A DNA stretch of 61,896 bases, filler included, from Nemertoderma westbladi (taxonomy: Eukaryota; Animalia; Xenacoelomorpha): the NCBI GenBank assembly GCA_032718475.1. It is 3 parts of 3 records of this genome, joined end to end, with 100 filler letters (N's around TTAATTAATTAA, not from the genome) between each part and the next. Parts side by side here need not be neighbours in the genome. Positions count along the whole stretch, not along the records: positions 30,326 to 58,658 come from JAUCBJ010006968.1; 2 more parts are not named here. One strand, given 5' to 3'. Of the stretch, positions 38,363 through 51,378 are shown piece by piece. Each line of letters begins with the position of its first letter. Positions within the stretch are counted from its first letter, which is position 1. A program made the translations under genes and the position numbers. The notes under the pieces are model-generated. The model saw nothing but the letters and a program-made list of their open reading frames with translations. It was not told the DNA's origin and searched no databases.

Positions 38363-39766
38363 ATGTATAAACTCGAAAATAACATCGCTAAACTTGATAA
38401 ACTTTTGGAGGAGATAATTCAATCACGAACGCGCTATAAAGAAAAAAGGATAACTAGGAAGTCTGTTACCAAGGTTACAGACCAATATCAAAGACATAGT
38501 GGAGGCCAATCAGAAGTGCCGAACTATGAGTCGCATGCCGAACCTCAAATTGTTCAGCAATCCAATTTTCCTTCCCAACAAATGGAAAGTCACATACCCA
38601 GAGGTGCTAATGAGTTTAGTTTCCCTGGTAACCACGATCAAAGTGTAACGTTTAGCAGAGCCACAATAGATGGAATTCTACACGATATTAATACAGGAGT
38701 AGCCAAACCTGAGGAAGGAAGCAGGAGCGGTAACTATTTAGAACACAAGGTGGCGCTCCAAGATTTACCACCAGTTCAGACCCCGATGTCTACTCTTCCA
38801 CGACCAGTAAACATTAGAATAGAGCCAGTGACGTCACAGAACTTTCCTGTGACGTCACCAGCTTATCCGACTAATTTTCCGCCGTACAATATGGAGGGGC
38901 CAGTTGGAATGCCGCAACCGGAAGTGCGTCACAGTGTTGCTAGGGAGCCAGAATATCCATACCCAAGACCGAATGACGTAATGGTAGACCAAAGATTTCA
39001 GCCGAATGAGGCAACTCTCGAATTAAACCGATTAATGACGTCACTCACTGATTTTAAGGATAAATATATGGGGCAGAACGGAACTGCTTCTATGAAGGGG
39101 AAACACCAACTACAATACAACCTAGGAAATATGATACCGACACCACATAGCCGCACCGCACCACCTCAACCAACAATGTACATTCAACCGCAGCAAAGTC
39201 ACCCCCAACAACCCCCTTACCCTCCTCCCCCACCCTCTATCCCACCAATTGCTAGTCAACTCTCCCACGATATGCACCACCTACCTCCAGCTCATCCTCT
39301 ACCAGTACCTATTCTACAACCACAACCAATATCCGTGAAGCCAACATACCCAGAACGCGTCTACATTCCTAAACCGCGGTACGATATAGGCCTAACAGGC
39401 GATATACGTGTACTAAAAGGTGATAATAACATACAAATTAGAAAGAACCAATCAGAATACGTTAAACCGCAACCATCATTATCCAATCAGATAGACACTA
39501 TGATGAACGATTTGAATAATTCGTCCAATCAGGAATTAGATACAACTAGAGGGCATTGCTACGCGTGTAGGAACCCTATTATTGGTCAGGTTGTCACCGC
39601 TCTGGGGAGGACGTGGCATCCCGAGCACTTCGTTTGCGTTCATTGCCGTAGGGAACTCGGGACGCGGACATTCTTCGAGAGGGATGGTTCGCCTTACTGC
39701 GAGGAAGATTTCCACGGTTTATTCTCTCCCAAATGCGCTCGATGTTATCTGCCGATAAAGGATAAG
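38363..39766 (+). CDS. PXN: Paxillin exon 1 (LD motifs, Pro-rich region, LIM1 and start of LIM2)
   Basis: LD-like motifs LDKLLEEI, IDGILHDI, ATLELNRLMTSLTDFK and QIDTMMNDL. LIM1 reads C..C..PI.GQVVTALGRTWHPEHFVC. Phase-0 donor AAG|gttggt at 39767. Confidence 0.93.
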
Positions 39767-40279
39767 GTTGGTGATAGATTCTATATAAATATAATACATA
39801 TTATTTATTCTTAATTCATATTATGGAATGGTGTCAGTTCGTGGGATTATAATTTTCAAAGATCCCATCATAATATTTTCTTAATATTGTAAGTTTTACA
39901 TAATAGTTTAAGTTTTACAATTACTTAACAAATAATATATTATTAAACACAGTAAACATTTTTTATCATCTTGAGTTGATTGTCTCCTAGTTAATAATTT
40001 GGATGATTTTCTCTATAAATAATCCACCATTACAGTAGGCCTCTTATCGACACTTAAAAAAATATTATTTTTTCTAAATAAATCACCAAGTACGTTGTAA
40101 AAGTTGTAAAAGTAACTGGATAAAGTTTAAATTGAAGTTAAAGGTTATACAAAAAGACCGGGCCTGGGATCGAACCCAATACTTTCACTACTTACAACCA
40201 CTACATTACTTACATTACTTCTTTAGTCTGACTCTTTACTGAATTCTGAGATACCTAAAAAAAATGGAGGTAATTTACC

Positions 40280-42361
40280 GGATAGTACTAGATTGTGACA
40301 ACAGACGAAAACAAGCGAAAACAGTTAGAATGTAGGGAAAACAGACGAAAACAGTTAGATCGTTTAATAATAATCATCCATGCATCCCGGTGAAAATAGA
40401 TATTGAAGTGAACTTGGTGTAATAATAGATTTAAAATTTAGTGGCATTTATAATGTCGCTAACTTAAGATGACGTTCTACCCATAACCCCATAACAAGAA
40501 CACTGATTTCCCGTTGCGTGATTATGGATTACTCCAGTAGTACGGCAGTATGCCTACAGAGTAGAGTATTCGGTAGTTTATTGTACCGGCACCCGTACCG
40601 GCACCGATAGAAGAAGATGTTGAAGTACGAAGTTCCGGTATCTTCGCTTCCAGCTGTTTCCGCCGTTATCAGAACAAACAATATTATTTAATGCTGAAAA
40701 TTAAAATAGGTCTATGTGCTACGTATTTTATGTACCTAGAAGGCCTATCGTTCTTACAGACATGGAGTTCAGACTTAGGCCTACAGTACTAGCTACTAAT
40801 ACTGTAGAAAAATCTATAAAATGCATCTCTGCAATAATAATAAATTCAACAAGCTGGCAAGCCTGGAGGGTTCACGGTCCTCCTACTTAATCAGTACAAT
40901 AATAATAACCGATACATCATTGTCGAAACGTACCCAGTATTCGGGTACCGGCTGGCGGCTGACCGGTACGTTTTCGTTCGGGTAGGCCTATGTTTCCTTT
41001 TCACTTGTTCCCATCGTAGGCGACCTCATGCTCATCCCACCACGACCACGACCACCAGTTACGAGTTGGGTAGGCGTCTACCGGCAACCGGTAAGTAATT
41101 ACGCGCCACACGACGTCATCCCGCCATCCGCCAACATTTATACCGGTACGGTAAGCCTACCACCTACCGGCTGGCTACCATCGCACCGTAGGTCTACCAG
41201 TCTACCGCCTACCGGTCAACCGGTAACGGTAGGCTACCGCGTACCGGTACAGCGGTACTCAAAGTCGTACCGGTATTGTCGTAATTGACAAATGCAGGAT
41301 TAAACCGTAACCCGTTCCGGTACCGGTACCATATGCATCTGAACGACTGGACGGTTAATCTCATAGCATAGCTGCATAGGCCTACCGGTAGTCAGTGCGA
41401 AGTCGCCTGTGAACATGGCGAAATATTATATTTAAGCCAGGCATAGCCTACCTTATGGATAATAATAAACTGAAATGCTATGCCAGTCTGCCAGTCAGTA
41501 CCGGTACTTGGTACTGCCAGTTTGCTGCTATGCCAGTATGCTAGCAGGTAGTGCATAGTGCTAAGATTGTCTACAGATTAACTACAGGCAGACAATCAGA
41601 CAGTACTAGCAGTCTAGGGCCTACAGGACTGCAGTACCGGTACTGCAGTATTGGTAATTGCTAATGCTAATTAATTACCTTAATTAAATCTTCAATTAGG
41701 TCATAATGTAGGTCCAAATTTAAAAATCGGCCTCCGTTAATCGATTTAGAAATAATTCAGGTACCTCCATGCCAAATATCAGAATCATTCATTGCGTTCC
41801 CTATGACAAGATAGCTTTTTCCTAAACCATGCGAAAACACGCAAATATAGCGCTCACATCGCACAAATACCATCTCGACACCCAATTTTTTCTATGAGCC
41901 TTCGCCATCCCTATATCTAACTTTTGTCCAAATTTTGTTTCGATTGATTAATAAATAACTGAGATATCGCTCTGGACACACACACACACACACACTAACA
42001 CACACACACACACACACACATTACGGTAATAATGGTCACTTATGTCAAAGACCGTGAACCAATACGGTACTTCCCAACCGGTACGGGCACAGTAACTGCA
42101 ACAGGTACCGGTACGGCAGTACGGGCACTGATATGAGCAGAGTTATTGTACATGGGTACGTCATCTTAAGTTAGCGACATTAAATGCCACTAAATTTTAA
42201 ATCTATTATTACACCAAGTTCACTTCAATATCTATTTTCACCGGGATGCATGGATGATTATTATTAAACGATCTAACTGTTTTCGTCTGTTTTCCCTACA
42301 TTCCAACTGATTTCGCTTGTTTTCGCCTGTTTTCGACTGTTGTCACGATCTAGTACTATCC
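40280..42361. mobile_element. Non-autonomous Mutator/MULE-like element in paxillin intron 1
   Basis: TIRs of about 200 bp (40280-40475 and 42158-42361) begin ggatagtactag. A perfect 9-bp TSD taatttacc lies at 40271-40279 and 42362-42370. There is no transposase ORF. Confidence 0.9.
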
Positions 42362-43322
42362 TAATTTACCGGAACAAGAAGAATTACATTCGTTTTGACG
42401 GAGCCTCCTTCCTACAACAACTAACCGCTTCTATAGAGAGAGACAGATGCAATCAAATAAAAAAATTCTGTAATATATTTTATTGTTAAAATTTACATTA
42501 TTTACCGCATAGTCAATGGACTAGCGGTAAATAATATTTAATTATTTACCTATAGGTAAATGGGGATTATTGTTCTTGAATATTTGTACTGTGATAAATA
42601 CTATTCTGGGGCATTTTATTTATTGAATGAGGAGCTACGCCTAGTAAAAATGACATCAAGTAATTAATAATCTTCAAATAAATAATATGTTCCAGAATAT
42701 TGTGCATTTTTATTGAATATAATAAATGGCCTGCCCTGTAGGCTGTAACGGATTCAAATACCTGCACTTTTTGGACGCCCATATCTCAGCTATTTCTCAA
42801 CGACATTAATAGTTACTTACAAATTTGGAATACTTTCAACGACACCTTTCCATTGGTATCAACAAATCATAGCAAGGACGAAGAATAATTGCGGTGCGAC
42901 AGGTGCAATAAGGACGAATAATAATTGCGGTGCGACTGGTGCAATGTTTAATTACTTATTAACCAAGAATGACTGCGGTGCGACTGGTGCAATGTTTAAT
43001 TACTTATTAAACAATAAATATCGTTTAATAATTTGAATTTATTATAATACAGTAATTTATTAGGATGATTTTAACAATAAAATTACACATTGTACGATAA
43101 ATAAAACACGTTATTTACCTTTTCGCCCCTTGATCCGACAGATATCATAAAAGATCTCGGGACGAACGGTAAATAAAGCATATTTTATTTACCGCACAAT
43201 AAATAGTTATTTAAGAAACAGTTTTTTCTAACTACATCTACTAACATACACTTAGATAATAGTCAATAGATAGATAATAGTTATTCTATAATGTGTTGAC
43301 TTGCTTTTTCCTCTATGTTTAG

Positions 43323-43534
43323 GTAATTACTGCTTTGGATAAAACCTGGCACCCTGAACATTTCTCGTGCGCCCATTGCGGGGTTACATTTCTAGAAGAC
43401 GGTTTCCATGAGTACAATGGGAAGGCTTACTGTCGTAACGATTACATTAACTTGTTTGCTCCCAAGTGTCTGGGGTGCGGGGAACCAATAATGGAGAATC
43501 ATATGAATGCTTTAGGGGGCGAATGGCATCCAAG
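43323..43534 (+). CDS. PXN: Paxillin exon 2 (LIM2-LIM3)
   Basis: Acceptor ctctatgtttag|GTAATT continues [15 protein letters not shown]. Phase-2 donor AG|gtaata. Confidence 0.93.
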
Positions 43535-43779
43535 GTAATAATCATTGATATTATTTAGTTAATCATGTTTGTTATTTTTATTCAATATAATATGATCAGC
43601 ATAATTTAATTAAAATAATATTATTAGAATAGACAGCTGCTCAATGCGAGGTAAAGTAGTTCCAATCGCAAAATAAATTAATTGCAAAACAAACAGACAC
43701 ATACTTATAAATTGTTACTATTAATAAACATAGAAACAAGGAAAATAAGGTGGTAGTAACAATCACCTCTAATCCACAA

Positions 43780-46666
43780 CTCACCAGATGGTGAAACTGA
43801 GTTTTTCTCAATCCTGGCTGGTGTACTGCAAGGCGACATATTAGCACCATTACTATTTGTAATTGTGCTGGATTACGCAATGAGGACGGCCACAAAGGGT
43901 GAAGATCTGGGATTCACACTTCAAGAACGCAGAAGTAGTAGATATCCGGCAACTACAGTCACAGACACCGACTTTGCGGATGACATCGCCCTGCTCTCTA
44001 ATACGCTAGCAGATGCACAACTTCTAGTAAATAAAGTGGAGAGGGCTGCTAAGGAGGTTGGATTGCATATAAATGCTACAAAGACCGAATTCATGACTTT
44101 TAATGTTGATGGAAACTTGACAACCATTGATAATAATCAACTAAGGAAGGTCGACAACTTCCAGTACCTTGGATCATGGATAGAGAGTAGCAAAAAGGAC
44201 ATAGAAGTTAGGAAAGCAAAGGCTTAGGTAGCTCTATCAAAAATGGATACCATCTGGAAATCAGATCTCTCCAGGCACCTGAAGACTAAGTTCTTTCGAG
44301 CCACAGTGGAAAGTGTATTTTTATACGGGGGTGAGACCTGGACACGGACACTGACTCAAACAGACTACAGCGGCCAAGAATGCAGTTAAGGCTGCATCTA
44401 GGTCCCTGAACAGGCAGTACTCTGTTAATCTACAGGAGCTAATAAACCAACAGGTTGATGCCATCAATGATGCTGACGACAGCAGGCAATCATCCCAGGC
44501 ATGGAAATCAATCAATCTGCTTACTGGGCAGAAAAGCCAACCAACCACCAAGGTTAAGGCTGAATCACCAGCCGATCGCCTCAATGGTTGGAAAGCCCAC
44601 TTTGAAAAGCTCCTCAATAATGACAGGGTATTGCCTGATAACTTTATAGAAGTAAAAGTGTCTGAGTCTGTACTCCTAGATATTCCCATTGGCGGAAGTA
44701 TTGCAGAAGTGAAGGCTGCTGCAAAGAGCATTAAGACCAATCGTGCCAGTGGAGTAGATGGTGTTCCCCCTGAGGTCTTTAAAATACCTGAGTGTTTAAA
44801 GCTCATCTATCCCATCATAGTAGACATGTACCGAACAACAAGAGTCCCACAACAAATGAAAACAAATAAGTTGGTGCCAGTTCCCAAGAAGGGCAACCTA
44901 ACACTCTATGGTTCTTTTCGGGGAATCTCATTGATCTCGATTGCTGCAAAGCTATACAATAGGATTCTATTAAATCGCATCAGGGATCCCATTGAGAGAC
45001 TGCTCCGTGGAAATCAGAATGGGTTCCGTAAAGGTCGTGGGACCATGGAGCCCATTTTGGCACTTAGAAGGATAATTGAAGAATTATCAAAAAAGAAAGA
45101 CAGGCATCTGGCTGTTATCTTTGTTGACTTCTTCAAGGCCTTTGATTCAGTCTCTCGCTCACGTATGTTCAGCATACTTTCATTATATGGGATTCCTGAT
45201 GAAATTACTGCAGCAATCAGATCAGTATACGATGGTTCGACAACATTTGTGTCTACTGTTGACGGTGACACAGAACCATTTGAAGTGTTATGGGGCGTCC
45301 TCCGAGGAGACACACTTGCACCATTCTTGTTCATTATTGTGGTTGACTATGTTCTACGCATGTCCTTAGATCATCATAATGATGATGGGGTGATGATAAC
45401 TCCACCTACTGGCTCCAGAAGTCGAGGAAATCCTGCCAAGTACCTAACTGATCTAGACTTTGCTGATGACTTAGGAGTACTCTCAGAATCATTAGAGGGA
45501 GCCCAACGGCTCCTCAGCTCATTAGAACATGCTGCTTCTAGTGTTGGTCTTTTTATTAACTCCAGAAAGACCAAAATTCTGACCGTTAACTTTGAAAGTC
45601 CTCAGCAAGTCTCTGATCGGATGAGCATAAGCTCAAAGGATGGTATGCTTGAGCATGTGGACGACTTCTGTTACCTGTGATCATGGATCCGGAAGTCAGG
45701 TGAGGACCTTCGAATACGTAAGGGAAAGGCATGGGCAGCCTTGAATAGGCTTTCCAGGATTTGGAAGTCACCGAGAATTAATCGGAAACTTAAGGTCCGA
45801 TTATTTAGAGCAGCAGTAGTTCCAGTACTCCTCTACGGGAGTCCATGCTGGGCTCTAACTGCTGAGGACACCAAATCTCTGGATGGCACATTCACAAGAA
45901 TGCTACGCCGGGTTCATTGTGTCAAGTACAATGCACACATCTCCAACCAGACACTATATAACATTGGAGGTGTCTCATTGGTTCCCCCAAGCTTGACACA
46001 AGAACAAAATCGCCTCCGCTTTGCAGGACATTGCTTTCGCCGTATTTCGGTGCATAATCTTGTACTTTGGCAGCCTCATGGAGTGAATAAGCATGGTGGA
46101 CAGCCCATGACTTTCTTGAGACGCATCTTAAAGGACACTGGCTTTAAAGATGCGGATGATCTAGCAAATGTCATGGGTGATAGGGAGTTGTGGCGGTGCA
46201 ATTTTGTTGACAAGCCGGCACAGCATTCTTAAAAATGCAGCTGCAATGCAGCATGCCGATCCTAGTAGTAGTAGTGGACACTGACTAAATCACTTGAACA
46301 ACGAATTGATGGTTGCTACCCAAGACTACTAAGGGCCGCCCTAAACATCAGCTGGGGACAACACATGACAAATGCCGAGCTTAATGGTACAATACCACCT
46401 GTATCAACCACCCTCCGTGAACGCAGATTACGATTCAGTGGGCACTGCTGGTGAAGTAAAGATGAGGTCATACCAGATCTACTTTTCTGGCAACCAACTC
46501 ATGGAAAGCGTAGTCGTGGACGACCGGCCATAACATATATAGATCAACTTGAAAAGGATACTGAACTTGGTAGAAACGAAATTGCGACAACTATGGAGAA
46601 TCGGGAAGCCTCGAAGGATCTCATTTCCACTGTTCGAGTTCGCTCGACTTAGTAGTAGTAGTAGTA
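43780..46666 (+). mobile_element. RTE-like LINE family A copy (5'-truncated, with stop codons), split by a nested family B insertion
   Basis: 43780-44356 and 46276-46666 join to match the reverse complement of 7936-8880. (TAG)n tail at 46650-46666. Confidence 0.93.
44357..46275 (+). mobile_element. RTE-like LINE family B, 5'-truncated, nested in family A
   Basis: RT motifs RGISL.SI, NQNGFR, FVDFFKAFDSV, GVLRGDTLAP and LDFADDL. In-frame TGA at 45678-45680, (TAG)n tail, and TSD ggacactgact at 44346-44356 and 46276-46286. Confidence 0.93.
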
Positions 46667-46942
46667 ACTATTATCAAAGCCAGCAAAAATATCGCATCGG
46701 GAAAATCCAAAACAATAGTCACATTTTAGAAAAGAACCACGTATAGTAATAGTATGTAGGAAAAAGGTCCAAAATCTCTGAGCTCAAAAACGATATAGAG
46801 ATTTAAAGAAAAAACAATTAAGAACAGAAATAGATAAGAGAAATAGAAAAACAGAAATAGATAAAAAGATGTACAAATAACAGGAATGTTATACGTACGT
46901 ATTAATTTAAAAATTAACATATTGTTTGCTCTACTTGTTTAG

Positions 46943-47225
46943 GTGTTTCGTTTGCGCCGATTGTTTGCTTCCGTTCAACGGGGGTTCCTTCTACGAACAC
47001 CGTGGACGCGCTTACTGCGAGCAACACTATCATGAACTCAGAGGTTCCGTGTGTTACCAATGCCAACAACCAATCACAGGCCGTTGCGTTACAGCTATGT
47101 ACAGGAAGTTCCATCCAGAACATTTCGTCTGCTCCTTCTGCCACAAACAACTGAATAAGGGAACCTTTAAGGACCATTCCGATAAACCATACTGCCATCC
47201 TTGTTTTGTGAAACTATTTGGCTGA
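46943..47225 (+). CDS. PXN: Paxillin exon 3 (LIM3-LIM4, stop)
   Basis: Acceptor ctacttgtttag|G restores WHPR-CFVC. The exon ends [12 protein letters not shown]...[14 protein letters not shown]. The spliced product is about 632 aa. Confidence 0.95.
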
Positions 47226-47511
47226 TAGATCTGCCAGCCAAATAGATTCCCTTACACTGCCAACGAGTTTCATAAAATTATATGAATGGAAGATAAAACT
47301 TATCATCTTTTTCTCGTAAAACTATTTTTACGTCAGATAGAGTTTTTTTAATCAAATTATTGTAATTATCTATTCTTTTTTGACGAAGTGAAACCTTTAA
47401 GTTTAACTTAGAAGAATTCCTTTATAATAATATGTCAGTCTATAATATCCGATTATCTAGGCTTATTAACTCAAAAAACTATATTAACAGAACAGCAATA
47501 CAGTAGCACAA

Positions 47512-47661
47512 TGCAATCCTAAATCTGGCCATCACCAAGTACCTACATCCAGATTCTTGTCTGCAATCCTAAATCTGGCCATCACCAAGTACCTACATCC
47601 AGACTCTTGTCTGCAATCCTAAATCTGGCCATCACCAAGTACCTACATCCAGACTCTTGTC
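47512..47661 (+). repeat. 50-bp tandem repeat, three copies
   Basis: tgcaatcctaaatctggccatcaccaagtacctacatccaga(c/t)tcttgtc repeated three times. Confidence 0.93.
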
Positions 47662-47979
47662 CTCCCATGCCGTTATACCGGTACTTTATTATTATATTTT
47701 CTTAGGTCCAATATTCAAAAAACAAAGATCTTTATGATTAAATGTTTATCTTTGTGGCGATATTTTTGCAAATATTCTTTCTACTGGTTGTTTACAGGTT
47801 TATATTATTCGCGTTTTTTCAAGTTTGTAAAATTTAAACGCGGTTGGCTATTTTTAGAAAATCTGTAACGATTTGTAAGTTTTACAGAATATCAGAGACC
47901 TGCCACTCCTCGACAACCAAAACCATGACGGCCCTCAGAAGCCCAACGCACTGGCCCCCACAGCACTCTGTCTGGAACT

Positions 47980-49752
47980 CCCCTCCATCCCTCCCCATGT
48001 AACCCTAGCCACACCCCTCCCCAAGGCACTCCAACCCCACCCCTCCCCATGACACCCCAATCCCACCCCACCCCATGGCACCCAAAACCCACCCCAAACC
48101 CACCCCTTCCCATGGCACCCCAACCCCACCCCTCCCCATGGCACCCCAATCCCACCCCACCCCATGGCACCCAAAACCCACCCCAACCCCACCCCGTCCC
48201 ATGGCACCCCAACCCCACCCCTCCCAATGGCACCCCAATCCCACCCCACCCCATGGCACCCAAAACCCACCCCAACCCCACCCCGTCCCATGGCACCCCA
48301 ACCCCACCCCTCCCCATGGCACCCCAACCCCACCCCAACCCCACCCCAACCCCACCCACCCCATGGGACCCCAACCCCACCCCTCCCCATGGCACCCCAA
48401 CCCCATCCCTCCCCATGGCACCCAACCCCACCCCAACCCCACCCAACCCCACCCAACCCCACCCACCCCATGGGACCCCAACCCAACCCCTCCCCATGGC
48501 ACCCTAACCCCACCCCTCCCCATGGCACCCCAACCACACCCCTCCCCATGGCATCCCAACTCCACCAATCTCCATGGCACCCAAAACCCACCCCAACCCC
48601 ACCCCTTCCCATAGCACCCCAACACCACCCCTCCCCATGGCACCCCAACCCCACCCCTTCCCATAGCACCCCAACGCCACCCCTCCCCATGGCACCCCAA
48701 CCCCACCCCTTCCCATGGCACCCCAACCCCACCACTCCCCAGGGCACCCTAACCCCACCCCTCCCCATGGCACCCCAACCACACCCCTCCCCATGGCATC
48801 CCAACTCCACCAATCTCCATGGCACCCCAACCCCACCCCAACCCCACCCCGTCCCATGGCACCCCAACCCCACCCCTCCCCATGGCACCCCAATCCCACC
48901 CCACCCCATGGCACCCAAAACCCACCCCAACCCCACCCCGTCCCATGGCACCCCAACCCCACCCCTCCCCATGGCACCCCAACACCACCCCTCCCCATGG
49001 CACCCAACCCCACCCCTCCCCATGGCACCCCAACCCCATCCCTCCCCATGGCACCCCAACCCCACCCCTCCCCGTGGCACCCCAACCCCACCCCTCCCCA
49101 TGGCACCCCAACCCCACCCCTCCCCATGGCATCACAACTCCACCACTCTCCATGGCACCCAAAACCCACCCCAACCCCACCCCTCCCCATGGCACCCCAA
49201 CCCCATCCCTCCCCATGGCACCCCAACCCCACCCCTCCCCATGGCATCCCAACTCCACCACTCTCCATGGCACCCAAAACCCACCCCAACCCCACCCCTC
49301 CCCATGGCACCCCAACCCCACCCCTCCACATGGCATCCCAACTCCACCACACTCCATGGCAACCCAATCCCACCCCTAACGCCACCCCTCCCCATGGCAC
49401 CCCAACCCCACCCCTCCCCATAGCACCCCAAACCCACCCCACCCCATGGCACCCCAAATCCACCACTCTCCGTGGCACCAAAAACCCACCCTAACCCCAC
49501 CCCTCCCCATGGCACCCCTACCCCACCCCTCCCCATGGCATCCTAACTCCACCACTCTCCATGGCAACCCAATCCCACCCCTAACGCCACCCCTCCCCAT
49601 GGCACCACAACCCCACCCCTCCCCATGGCACCCCAACCACACCCCTCCCCATGGCACCCCAACCCCACCCCTCCCCATGGCACCCCAACCCCCCACCCCT
49701 TCCCATGGCACCCCAACCCCACCCCTTCCCATGGCACCCCAACCCCACCCCT
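47980..49752. repeat. C-rich minisatellite (about 26-bp core; G-rich on the minus strand)
   Basis: Repeated cccatggcaccccaaccccaccctc with variants. It accounts for the many overlapping Pro/His-rich and Gly/Trp-rich ORFs. Confidence 0.97.
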
Positions 49753-50366
49753 TGCCCACCATCCATTAGACCAGGGTCCCTAGAATCCACCTCCCCACAC
49801 AACCCACCCAGCCCACCTGTCCCGTCAACCACTAACTCAGCCAGACATCCCGACCATAGATTTAACCCCCCCCCCCCCCCCCCCCCTAAGAACCTCATCA
49901 TAATCACTCGATCCTCCACTTAACTTATATAAGTTAATTTAGAATATTACAATATAAATGTAGATTTAAAGTTTATGACATAACTGGTGTATAAAACCAG
50001 ATTACATAGGTGCTGAAATTATTTGGAAATAGAATTATATTGAATAGTGTTGGCTAATTAATTAATTCAGATATATTTTTCTTTATTTATATCTAAATTT
50101 TGTCATTAAGACTGTAGTATATTTAACTATTAGTTTAAATTATTAGCTTTGTAAATAAAACTATTGTCAACATATAATCGATAAAGTAATAACAAAAGAA
50201 AGATAAACTATCTTCATTTTTTCAATAAAATATTTAATATAATTTATATTAAATTACAATGAACGTTGTTATTGATACAAATACGATACTTAATTAAAAA
50301 TGGAAAGGATTAATCCTAAACGAGAATTCGCATTTATTCATTATTTTCTTTGAAATATCGCCAAAT

Positions 50367-50629
50367 TACCAATAGTACTAGGGTTTTGGGCGGCTCGACC
50401 CTACTACTATTGGTAGTAGTAGGGTCGAGCCGCCCAAGACCCTACTACTATTGGTAGTAGTAGGGTCGAGCCGCCAAAGACCCTACTACTATTGGTAGTA
50501 GTAGGGTCGAGCCGCCCAAGACCCTACTACTATTGGTAGTAGTAGGGTCGAGCCGCCCAAGACCCTACTACTATTGGTAGTAGTAGGGTCGAGCCGCCCA
50601 AGACCCTACTACTATTGGTAGTAGTAGGG
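50367..50629. repeat. 41-bp double-hairpin tandem array with an inverted terminal unit
   Basis: Unit gaccctactacta-ttgg-tagtagtagggtc-gagccgcccaa. Six hairpins with ccc starts at 50399, 50440, 50481, 50522, 50563 and 50604. The left-most partial unit is reverse-complemented. Confidence 0.95.
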
Positions 50630-51378
50630 GCCTCTCGTCTATGCTGTTCGGCCTGCCGTTCGGCCTCTTGTCTATGTTGTTCAGCCTCCTGTTTGCGTTG
50701 TTCGACCTGCCGTTCGGCCGCTTGTTTGGCCTCTCGCTTTTGCATTTCGGCGGCTAATATATCTTGCTCGGTTCGCAGTTGAACATACTCATCTTCCATC
50801 CGAGCTTTGAGGGCTAATGCCTTCTGTTCTCGTAGCTGGTCTCGGAGTGGCTGACCTCCTTGAGAGCTGTGTGCTGAACCGGACACCGCGCTCCTAGCAC
50901 TGGAGTGCTGGTTCCTGGAGGACCCCGTTCTCTTTCGATGTATTGCTGTCCTGGTGCTGGAGGTTCGCACTGATTCTGCATCTGTTCTTTCCGCTCTCTT
51001 GTAGTACTGTTCTTCGTAGCCTCTCACAAGGCTTAGGGTTCTCCGGTGTTGTTTGCGGAACTCATCTAGATGTACAACATGTTCTTCTAACCTGGGGTAG
51101 TTTACCTGATCGGTGGAGGGAACGAGTTCTTGATACGCCTGTATCATCCTCTCATATCGTTGTAAGATACTTCAAATATTCTGAAGCTGAGTTTGTATCT
51201 CGTTGAGGGGAGTTTCGACTCTCTTGAGTTGTTTCTCTATACGTTGATACGCTCGAGTGACTCCACCTTTGAGAGCGCCTAGTCGACGGGTCATGTTCGT
51301 GACATTTGGTACCTCGTCGGCTTCCGAGTCTGTGTGGGTGTCCATCTCGTCGGTTTCGGAGACGTTGTTCGTTGTCAT
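50630..51378 (-). pseudogene. gag-like ORF (BEL/Pao- or Gypsy-like N-terminus plus coiled coil) with an in-frame TGA, truncated at its 3' end
   Basis: ORFs 51172-51378 and 50530-51147 share a frame, separated by one TGA (51174-51172). The motif RRLGALKGGVTR is followed by Ser/Arg-rich and E/R/Q coiled-coil segments. The frame is cut by the hairpin array. Confidence 0.55.

Noticed and set aside
39767-39814. C-terminal tail of the 483-aa ORF as coding sequence
   Set aside because: It is read-through into intron 1. LIM2 continues in the exon at 43323.
47892-49923. Long Pro/His-rich and Gly/Trp-rich ORFs
   Set aside because: They are open in many frames on both strands because the minisatellite lacks stop codons.
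50399-50629. Hairpin repeats as a CRISPR-like array
   Set aside because: The intervening 11-mers are essentially identical, so this is a tandem repeat.
51172-51174. In-frame TGA as selenocysteine with the k-turn repeats acting as SECIS elements
   Set aside because: The repeats lie 5' of the ORF, have a short upper stem and lack apical adenosines. A nonsense mutation is the simpler explanation.
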